Shown here piece by piece: positions 1 through 7,949 of a DNA stretch of 64,000 bases. The stretch's first letter is position 1; each line of letters starts with the position of its first letter. Under the pieces are notes generated by a model. It was not told the origin of the DNA, ran no database searches, and worked only from the letters and a program-made list of their open reading frames with translations. This DNA comes from a virus. The translations under genes and the position numbers were made by a program. The stretch lies in IMG/VR virus record IMGVR_UViG_3300032293_001706, positions 64,001 to 128,000 of that record; one strand, written 5' to 3'.

Positions 1-15
1 TGCGGTTTTCATTTT

Positions 16-681
16 TTATTCTATATTAAAATTTATTTTTTTCCTTTCATTGTAAAGGCTCATATCATAATTAACATTTTGATAATTTATTTTGTGTATT
101 TCATCATGGTTATCAAAACCCCAATCAGGATGTTCATGTTTTATAATAGTCATTGGAAAATACGTTTGTTTCCTTAAAATGTCACCAACCACCATAAACT
201 CATTATCACACCAAGTTGATTTATATTCAGGATAATATATATATCCGAATCTTTGATAATATTTTTTACCTAAAATACACAATGTATTTAATTCATTACC
301 TTTAAACCCATCATTAAAAAATAAAATACCATCAGTATCAGGATAAGTTTTTTTCATTAAAGAATTAATTACTTTATCAAATCCCTTCACTTGTGGTATC
401 ATGTCATCGGAAGCCAATAAAATTATATCCCATTCTTCATTAACATCAATATCCCTATTAATTGCATCAACTTTAGACGTACTTGTACCAACTGTAATTT
501 TGGTGTTCTTAAAAGACCTTAAATAAGACAATGTTTCACTATTATTCATTGTTACATCATCTTCATCTATTGTTATTGAAAATTCAGTATTATCTTCAAT
601 AATAAAATCTTGATACTTTTTAAAAGTAGATAAAAATTTTTCTTTCCTTCCTCTTGTTGGAAACTTAATTAGTAATTTCAT
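16..681 (-). CDS. Glycosyltransferase, GT-A/GT2-like
   Basis: N-terminal LLIKFPTRGR strand, IDEDD and LASDDM (DxD-type) motifs, late HEHP motif; TATTTAT motif upstream (plus-strand ATAAATA at 691-697). Confidence 0.7.
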   Translation of the reverse strand: MKLLIKFPTRGRKEKFLSTFKKYQDFIIEDNTEFSITIDEDDVTMNNSETLSYLRSFKNTKITVGTSTSKVDAINRDIDVNEEWDIILLASDDMIPQVKGFDKVINSLMKKTYPDTDGILFFNDGFKGNELNTLCILGKKYYQRFGYIYYPEYKSTWCDNEFMVVGDILRKQTYFPMTIIKHEHPDWGFDNHDEIHKINYQNVNYDMSLYNERKKINFNIE

Positions 682-2305
682 TTATTACTGATAAATAATT
701 ATTTATGATTTTATCGGTTACATCAACTGAATAAAATTTATTAATGTCTTCGGGTGAATCAACTAAAGTTTTATTTAAAATATTCCCAACATTATCAACA
801 TCGTAAATCCAAGATTTTTTTCCACACATCCAACTTTCAATTGTTGTTCTACCTAACAATATTCCCGCAGTTTCTTTTGCTTCGGAGATATAATTTTCAG
901 TGTTCCAAGTAGGTGGAAATAATTTAACATGTGAATTACTTTTTAATTTATCAAGATAATTAGATTTGTTTTCACCAACTAACCAAAGTTCCATAGCATT
1001 TTCACGAGAATAATTAACCAAATCCATTATTGTTTGTTCTCTTAAATAATCTATTGTACCAACAAAAAGAATGTAATTTTTGCTTGGTTTACCCATTGGT
1101 TTAAATCTAGTTTCATCAACAGGATTGTATATTACTTCAACATTTTCTGGTTCTATATTATATGATGAACAAATAAATTCTTTAATTTCGGGTCTAATTG
1201 CTATATATTTTCTAATTGTTTCGTGTACTACGGGTTTCTCCAAATCAATAACTTCAGAATGAATTGTTGCAATTTTATCTTCTTTAGGATATAATTGTAG
1301 AATCAAATTTGTAACAGGTTCGTGTTGAACATGTATAATATCAAAATTTGGTTCGGAAATTTTGTATAACATTCCCTCTTTGGATTGTTCGGTTCCGTTT
1401 GGTGTTTGCATAGTCCATTTACCATCACCTCTTTTATATCCAGGAGGTTCTTGGAAGGAAAATACTTTTATCCCTTTCTTTTTTACCATATCAGTTAATG
1501 GACCTCCAATTTCTGATAGAACATTTACATTATGACCCAATTTAACCAAATTTTTCGCCAGTTCGTATATATAAACTTCTGAACCTGTAAAGGTTTTAAA
1601 GTTTAAACAAGATAACAATATGTTTAATTTATCTTCTTTGGTTTTTTTAATTTTAATAGGTAAGTTTTCTTTATTCTTTTCTGAAAACGAAATTCTATTT
1701 TTATCCCATTCTTCATTAACCATTCCTATTGATTTATGTGTAATTCTAACATCGTATATAACACCAATTTTAACATCCGCCAAATAGTTTCTAAAACAAA
1801 AATCAACATCATAAAAATGAAACCCATTAACTTCTAAATTAAAAGTTTCTTTAATTCTTGTCTTACTTAATGCGATAAAAAGACCGTCAACCAAAACGGT
1901 TTGTTGGATATCTTTACCTAAACTATTTGAATATTTTGATTCCCACTTTTTTCCTTCATGTTCGTGGTTAACAATTCCGAACATTTTTCTTCTGTCTTCC
2001 CACCACATTCCTGATTTTGGGAGATATGTTGAACCTGCAACACCCAAAATTCCATAATCACTTTTTTTGAAATGGTCCAATATTTTATTACCCCAACCAT
2101 TTTTCTCAAAATAAATATCATCGTGACATAACACGACAATATCATTTTCAGATTCATTTAAAATTTGGTTATAAACTTCAGTTAGAGAATACTCTCCATT
2201 ATTAACCTTTTCAATAATCTGAACTTTTGGATGTCCACAAGATTTTTTTAAATATTCTTGTAGAAGTGGATTATGAAATCTTGTACTATATCCTATTGTA
2301 ATCAT
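665..2305 (-). CDS. Two-domain glycosyltransferase (N-terminal GT2-like, C-terminal GT-B/GT4-like)
   Basis: N-half: VVLCHDDIYF, VDGLF, FHFYDVDFC. C-half: FTGSEVYIYELAKNLVKLGHNV, FDIIHVQH, VIYNPVDETRF, ILFVGT. Confidence 0.75.
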   Translation of the reverse strand: MITIGYSTRFHNPLLQEYLKKSCGHPKVQIIEKVNNGEYSLTEVYNQILNESENDIVVLCHDDIYFEKNGWGNKILDHFKKSDYGILGVAGSTYLPKSGMWWEDRRKMFGIVNHEHEGKKWESKYSNSLGKDIQQTVLVDGLFIALSKTRIKETFNLEVNGFHFYDVDFCFRNYLADVKIGVIYDVRITHKSIGMVNEEWDKNRISFSEKNKENLPIKIKKTKEDKLNILLSCLNFKTFTGSEVYIYELAKNLVKLGHNVNVLSEIGGPLTDMVKKKGIKVFSFQEPPGYKRGDGKWTMQTPNGTEQSKEGMLYKISEPNFDIIHVQHEPVTNLILQLYPKEDKIATIHSEVIDLEKPVVHETIRKYIAIRPEIKEFICSSYNIEPENVEVIYNPVDETRFKPMGKPSKNYILFVGTIDYLREQTIMDLVNYSRENAMELWLVGENKSNYLDKLKSNSHVKLFPPTWNTENYISEAKETAGILLGRTTIESWMCGKKSWIYDVDNVGNILNKTLVDSPEDINKFYSVDVTDKIINNYLSVINEITN

Positions 2306-2901
2306 TATATTCCTGTTGAACCGAAACCTTTATCTTTTCTATCTCTTTCTTCAATTTCCACAACTTCATGTAGATTAACCATTTTTCCATTATAAACAGG
2401 ACAAAGAACCCCTTGTGCAATTTTCATACCTTTTTTAATGGTATATGGTTTATTGTTTGTGTTAAACACAATAACCATAATCTCACCTGTATAACCCTCA
2501 TCAACGGTTCCCGGTGTATTTAAAACCGTTAATCCTTCCTTCAATGCCAGACCACTTTTTGGTCTTACTTGCATTTCACTTCCTTTTGGAAGTTCAAATT
2601 TCAATCCTGTTTTAACTAACGCTCTCCCAAATTCAGGTATGATAACTTCCTCGATTGAATGAAAGTCAAACCCTGAATCTGTTTCATAATTATATTTCGG
2701 AGTAACAGCATCAGGATGAATTTTAATATATTTTAATTCATGTTTATATCTGAAAAGTTCATCCGTTTGTTTATTCAAAAGTTCCTCATCAATACCCATT
2801 TGTTTCATCATTTCTTTCATTGATGAAAAATCAATATCATCAGTTTTTAAGTTTTTTAACTGTTTACTCATTTTCATTATATTTTTTATATCATTGAACA
2901 T
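2305..2901 (-). CDS. dut: Trimeric dUTPase with N-terminal extension
   Basis: All five motifs are visible: DSGFD, RPKSGLA, GTVDEGYTGEI, IAQGV, RKDKGFGSTG. Confidence 0.95.
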   Translation of the reverse strand: MFNDIKNIMKMSKQLKNLKTDDIDFSSMKEMMKQMGIDEELLNKQTDELFRYKHELKYIKIHPDAVTPKYNYETDSGFDFHSIEEVIIPEFGRALVKTGLKFELPKGSEMQVRPKSGLALKEGLTVLNTPGTVDEGYTGEIMVIVFNTNNKPYTIKKGMKIAQGVLCPVYNGKMVNLHEVVEIEERDRKDKGFGSTGI

Positions 2902-3601
2902 ATTCTAAAGTATCAAATTTGTTTATTAAATCTACCAAAACCCTAACATCTTGTTGACAGTATTCAGATATCTTATCCAAAATTCCCGCTTCCCAATAAG
3001 AAGAATGTACAATATTACCTGTTACTTCTCCTCCTTTTGAACTTTCACATCCCATTGCAACAGATATAAGTTCAAGTTGTGCGATAGAAAATTGGTTAAT
3101 ACCATTCCAAAATTCTTTTGTATCCAAAGCTTTAACCTCCCAAGGTTTTGTTTCAGAAGTTGGTAATATTCTTGCTGGTTGAAATCCGTTGATTACCATT
3201 CTTTTAAATAACATTGGAATGTCAAATCCTTTAATATTGTGTCCACACAATACGAAATCTAATTTTTGTATCTTATTTAGAAGTTTGATAACATTTCTCA
3301 ACAATTCCTTTTCATCGTCCATTGCATATGTTTGAGTTTGCATTTCACCTTTTTGATTAATAAAAGCAAAACTAGCCACAACAATTTTTGCAAATTCAGG
3401 AATCAATCCTGACCTTGAGATATAAACCTCTTCGGGTGTTTTTGACGAATCTTCAGGAAATCTTTTATGAAACCAATCTTGGTATTTCATAAAAACATTA
3501 TACATTTCTGGTTTATTTTTTTCAAGTTCAGATAATGTTGGAAATTCTCCAACGGTTTCTAAATCAAAAAATAGGAGTTTGGTTTTTGGATATGGTAGCA
3601 T
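2891..3601 (-). CDS. Stand-alone DEDDy 3'-5' exonuclease (PolB-exonuclease-like)
   Basis: ExoI FFDLET, ExoII GHNIKGFDIP, ExoIII YCQQDV. Confidence 0.85.
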   Translation of the reverse strand: MLPYPKTKLLFFDLETVGEFPTLSELEKNKPEMYNVFMKYQDWFHKRFPEDSSKTPEEVYISRSGLIPEFAKIVVASFAFINQKGEMQTQTYAMDDEKELLRNVIKLLNKIQKLDFVLCGHNIKGFDIPMLFKRMVINGFQPARILPTSETKPWEVKALDTKEFWNGINQFSIAQLELISVAMGCESSKGGEVTGNIVHSSYWEAGILDKISEYCQQDVRVLVDLINKFDTLEYVQ

Positions 3602-4848
3602 TATTTTAGTGTTTTATATAATTCAGCTCTATGTTTTGTTACAATATTTAAATCGTATTTGTCTTTTACAGTTTCGTATAATCTTTGACCTAAGTCGTAT
3701 GCCATATTTGGGTTTTGAATAAGTTTCTTCATTGCCTTTGCCCAATCAGAATGATTCCTTTTCTCATCAACCAAAATAGCATTACCATTAATAAAATTAC
3801 CATTTTCTAAGCAATGTTTCAAGTCCAAAGTATAAGGACCCAAATTCGATGCAATAATTGCCTTTTTATAAAACCCCGCTTCAATCACTTTCAGTTGTGA
3901 TTTTACTCTGTTAAAAATGTGGTTTACAATAGGAGCCAATGAAACATCAAACTTTGCATAGTTTTTAGCATATCCATTAATTGGTTCGGTCCATACCCTA
4001 TTATAGAATTCTTCACCGTTCCAAGATTCCTGTCTATACTTCAATAAATAATTTTTATATTCAGGTGAAGTGAATTCATAATTTTTGGTAAAAATTTCTT
4101 CGTATCTCGCCCAAACCGTTTCTTCGGGTCTAATAGGTCTTTGTTTTTCTTCACCTGTTTGTGCATTAATTTCAGTCATTGTTCCTCTAACATCAAAACC
4201 ACATAAGAAAAATTGCGACTTATTTCTTAAATCATTACCAAGTACATCTGTACATCCTTTTAAAAGGTTTAAGTCATGCAAATGTGATGAACCACCAAGC
4301 CAACCAAATCTCATTTTATCAGATGGTTCGGTTTTTGCATTAAATTGTGGTTCTTTCGGGTTAATTGCGTTAGGTAATACAAAAACATTTTTATTGTATT
4401 TTTTAATTTCATCAGCAAAAATCGGTGTTGTGGTTGTTACATATTTTGCAACTTTAAGATTTGCGATAATTTTTTCGTGGATTTTATGTTGAACAACCAA
4501 ATGGTGAACAGGGTGTTCTTTGGTTGGCAACCAATAATCATCCAAATCCATAACCGTTATAATTCCTAAACTATTTAAAATCTGAATCATTGTATTTGAT
4601 TTTTCATAATCAGGATTCAAACTTCTATGGAAGCAGACCATATCATATTTTGTCCAAAATGATATGTCATCCATATTTGGATTATAATCAATATCTACAT
4701 GGAAATCATCAGGATATTGATTTTGTAGCATTATGTGGGGGTCTAAAGAACGAAATTTTCCTTAACCTACCCCTGTACGGTCAGATGCGAGAACAAGTAT
4801 TCGAATCTTTTGACGACCATTCAGGGGCGAATCATTTTTTTGTGTCAT
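3601..4848 (-). CDS. GT-B (GT4-like) glycosyltransferase with an in-frame TAA at 4762-4764 (pseudogene or recoded)
   Basis: The ORF-track frame (ATG 4731) extends upstream to ATG 4848 as MTQKNDSPLNGRQKIRILVLASDRTGVG*GKFRSLDPHIMLQ. C-terminal GT4 motifs: FGWLGGSSH, FDVSLAP, KSQLKVIEAG, IIASNLGPY. Confidence 0.75.
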
Positions 4849-4953
4849 TTTTATTAAAAAAATATAATTTATGAAATTTGATTTTAAATCAAATTACCGT
4901 AAAAATATAATATCTAAGATTATTTAAGTCAATCTGTTTTTTCTATTATTAAT

Positions 4954-5460
4954 ATATTTATCTAAAATGAAAGAACTAATCAGAAAAATATTAAAAGAAG
5001 AAACCGAAGAAGTTCTTGAACTTCCATCAATCAAATATTTTCTTAATGATTGGAAATGGGTTATTAAATTTGTTAAAAGTGAAGGAAATCCATTATTTTC
5101 AATTCAAGAAAGTCTTATTTTAAGACACAATAGTCTAAAAACTCTTGGAAGATTATATTCAGTTGAAGGTAATTTGGATTTATATGGATGTAAAAACCTA
5201 ACATCTCTTGGAAAACTATCACATGTTGGGGAATGGTTGGATTTAAGAGGAACAAATATAACATCTCTTGGAAATTTAACACATGTCGGTGGAGGTTTGG
5301 ATTTATATGAATGTAAAAGCTTAACATCTCTTGGAAGACTACAACATGTTGGTGGTCTTTTGGATTTAAGAGATACACCAATGGCTAATGAATATTCCGA
5401 AGAAGAAATACGAAAAATGGTTAATGTTGAAGGAAATATTTATCTATAATGAAAGAACTA
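4954..5460 (+). repeat. 25-bp direct repeat pair flanking the LRR-like gene
   Basis: ATATTTATCTAAAATGAAAGAACTA at 4954-4978 and ATATTTATCTATAATGAAAGAACTA at 5436-5460; one mismatch. Confidence 0.9.
4967..5449 (+). CDS. LRR-like tandem-repeat protein with MKELIRKILKEE leader
   Basis: Four alternating 21/20-aa units of type TSLGxLxxVGGxLDL; DNA repeat AACATCTCTTGGAA at 5200, 5260 and 5323. Confidence 0.8.
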   Translation: MKELIRKILKEETEEVLELPSIKYFLNDWKWVIKFVKSEGNPLFSIQESLILRHNSLKTLGRLYSVEGNLDLYGCKNLTSLGKLSHVGEWLDLRGTNITSLGNLTHVGGGLDLYECKSLTSLGRLQHVGGLLDLRDTPMANEYSEEEIRKMVNVEGNIYL

Positions 5461-6042
5461 TTGTACTTTCTTTATTTTTGTCACCTTACCTTCGAAAATA
5501 TGCTTTCCTACCTTTAATTGAAGGGTTTCGTTAGATTTTGATTCACCCTCAACAACTAATCCTGCTTTAGATAGTTCTTCTTTAATTGTATCTCTAACAG
5601 TGTCTCTAATAAGATTTCTTATTGAATTTAAGTCTATACTTTCAGTTATATTCTTTTGTGTTTGAGTATTAGGTTGTTTCTTTTCAACCCCCATTAATTT
5701 CTGAGCCCCCTCAATAACTTCTTCTGATAGAAAACTAGTATTTAAACCTGGTACTGTTGGTTTTTCAATAGGGTTTTCAATCATTAATTTTTTTATTTCA
5801 TCAGGTAATTTTGAATTTAAAATTCTATCTTGTGTAATTGGAACATTTTCATTTCTTACAACCGTTGAAGATTGTTCACCCAAAAATTCTTGGGGTATGT
5901 TATATGTTGCGGGTAAAGGATTATATGATTCTACTTGTGGTACGGTATTAGTCATAGGTAAAGAATTCGCAGACCTAGGTAGTTCATTATGTTTATCCAT
6001 TATTTTTTTCGAAATTGCTAATTTTGACATTAAATCATCCAT
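5458..6042 (-). CDS. Hypothetical protein
   Basis: 194-aa ORF, last of a tightly packed five-gene minus-strand run. Confidence 0.7.
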   Translation of the reverse strand: MDDLMSKLAISKKIMDKHNELPRSANSLPMTNTVPQVESYNPLPATYNIPQEFLGEQSSTVVRNENVPITQDRILNSKLPDEIKKLMIENPIEKPTVPGLNTSFLSEEVIEGAQKLMGVEKKQPNTQTQKNITESIDLNSIRNLIRDTVRDTIKEELSKAGLVVEGESKSNETLQLKVGKHIFEGKVTKIKKVQ

Positions 6043-6054
6043 ATTATTAATTAT

Positions 6055-6435
6055 TTATAATTTTGCATTTATGTAAACAACAGACATTAATTTATCTCCT
6101 GTTGTATTATAATTTGACGGTAATTCATTAAATTTTTCACCTGTTCTCTGAAACGTAAAAGTTTTATCTATTCTAAATAATCTCCAACCCGGTAAAACTT
6201 TTTTACCGATTGCAACACTATGTGACGCTCCTTCAGGTTCATATGCCCTTAAAACTAAATTTCCTTTTAATGAACGTCCCAAACAAACAGGATAAACAGT
6301 TCTATATCCTTTACCACCTGGTTCGTCACCATCGTATGTTATAATAATAACATCACGATTTTTGATTGCCCTTTGCAAATCATTAAATGATACGGCTTCA
6401 GTAATAAAACTTTTTATAGTTTCAAGTAACTTCAT
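6055..6435 (-). CDS. Stand-alone WYL-domain protein
   Basis: IIITYD...YRTVYPVCLG...VLRAY...GWRLFRIDK matches the WYL pattern (RxFRxD); no HTH domain present. Confidence 0.7.
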   Translation of the reverse strand: MKLLETIKSFITEAVSFNDLQRAIKNRDVIIITYDGDEPGGKGYRTVYPVCLGRSLKGNLVLRAYEPEGASHSVAIGKKVLPGWRLFRIDKTFTFQRTGEKFNELPSNYNTTGDKLMSVVYINAKL

Positions 6436-6737
6436 TATCCAGGAATTTGATATGGGTTTTTTCTGTTGTATTTATTTATTTTGATGTTTTCTTTTCTGTC
6501 TATAATGTCATCTTTTGTTCCTGCATTTTCATTACCTACATCAAGAAAAATACCAGTTCCTCTACCTAAAGAATCACCATCGGCAATAGCATCTTTATTT
6601 GTGGTTCCATAAAGATTATCGACATTATAATCGTTTCTTGCAAATAATTTTTGTCTTTGTTGTTCGGCATAAAAACTCATTTGGTTTTTATCTGCTTCTG
6701 GTTGAGAAAAATCTAATTTATCATTTTGTGTACTCAT
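6435..6737 (-). CDS. Hypothetical protein
   Basis: 100-aa ORF with overlapping start/stop junctions to both neighbours. Confidence 0.65.
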   Translation of the reverse strand: MSTQNDKLDFSQPEADKNQMSFYAEQQRQKLFARNDYNVDNLYGTTNKDAIADGDSLGRGTGIFLDVGNENAGTKDDIIDRKENIKINKYNRKNPYQIPG

Positions 6738-7201
6738 AGTATTAATTTTTTAAACCAATTATTTATTTGTTCGATTTCTTCAGAAATACCTGAAATTCTT
6801 TGACTTATTTTCTTATGTGAATGTGATGGTCTAAAATCAGTTCTTAAATCATCATTCTTAGTATGTGTTGATATAAATTGATTATCCATAGCAGCATCGC
6901 TTTTTATTTGTTTTGGTAATCTTTTTCCTTCTCTTGAACTTTTAAGTTGATGTTCAACCCATCCTTTGAATGTTCCACCACCTAAGATATGATATTCAGG
7001 ACTTGATGTATTTCCGTTACTATCGAACCAGTTTTTTATTCTTTTTAATTGTTGATATGTTGCATAACCTGTTTCGGACAACTCTTTAGCTCTTTTAACA
7101 TTCTCGACACTTTGGTTGGAGTATTTAGAAATTGAATTTCTTAAAATTTCCAAAATGTGTGGAGGAATATGATAATGGTGTCCGTATAGGTCCTTATTCA
7201 C
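6734..7201 (-). CDS. Hypothetical protein
   Basis: 155-aa ORF overlapping both neighbours in the operon. Confidence 0.65.
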   Translation of the reverse strand: MNKDLYGHHYHIPPHILEILRNSISKYSNQSVENVKRAKELSETGYATYQQLKRIKNWFDSNGNTSSPEYHILGGGTFKGWVEHQLKSSREGKRLPKQIKSDAAMDNQFISTHTKNDDLRTDFRPSHSHKKISQRISGISEEIEQINNWFKKLIL

Positions 7202-7898
7202 TTTTCAACATTTTTATTAATTCGTTTATGGTTATGCTTTCAGTTTCCGCTTGTTTTTTCAAAAACTTAATATTCTTTTTTAAAATTTTAGATACAGATG
7301 TTTCTTTTTTTGTAATATCCCCATCTTTCTTTGATTTTTTAACCAATATATCTTCAGTTACCTCATTTTCTTTTTCAAACAGTCTTTGCATTTTTTTCTT
7401 ACCTGGAATTTTTCCCATTTCTTTGGCTCTTTCCTCGGCATTAGATTCAATTTCTTTTTTTTCTGATTTAGATTTAGTATCTTCAATACCTAATAATTCA
7501 GATAAATAATCGACAGTTTCATCATAGGTCATAAAATCTGTTTCTTCTTCCCTACCAAAAACTTTACTCATATCTTCTTCATAAAAATGTCTTCTATACC
7601 CCATTCTAAAAATATCATAAACATTTCTTGCCATTGATATGGTTTGGTCTGTGGTTTTCTTTGGTGTAACATGTGGGTCTAATATCGGAATTTTTGAACT
7701 TAAAAAAGTTCCGTCTCTATCAACCAATTCATCTATTTCACCTTCAGATTTTTCAGATTTTCTTTTTATAACATCCAAATAACTTTTATGGTTTCTACAC
7801 GGCATGTATCTATCATTATACATTTTATGTGTTCCAATACAACCAAGTTCTTTGGCTTTTTGGACTGCTTCTTCCTTAGTTTTATATTCGTGTATCAT
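7194..7898 (-). CDS. Hypothetical protein with N-terminal C-H-C-H motif
   Basis: AKELGCIGTHKMYNDRYMPCRNH; TATTTAT motif upstream (ATAAATA at 7918-7924). Confidence 0.65.
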   Translation of the reverse strand: MIHEYKTKEEAVQKAKELGCIGTHKMYNDRYMPCRNHKSYLDVIKRKSEKSEGEIDELVDRDGTFLSSKIPILDPHVTPKKTTDQTISMARNVYDIFRMGYRRHFYEEDMSKVFGREEETDFMTYDETVDYLSELLGIEDTKSKSEKKEIESNAEERAKEMGKIPGKKKMQRLFEKENEVTEDILVKKSKKDGDITKKETSVSKILKKNIKFLKKQAETESITINELIKMLKSE

Positions 7899-7949
7899 TT
7901 ATAGAATTTATTTTATTATAAATACAATAATGTTTGTATTTATTTATGA

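Noticed and set aside
4590-4874. 94-aa plus-strand ORF spanning the interrupted GT site
   Set aside because: Antisense to a gene with clear GT motifs; no recognisable motif or start context; treated as a shadow ORF
5115-5381. Repetitive minus-strand ORF; also considered CRISPR or DGR for these repeats
   Set aside because: It mirrors the LRR codon repeats. The repeats are short, in-frame and coding, with no unique spacers, no cas or reverse transcriptase gene, and no adenine-specific TR/VR pattern
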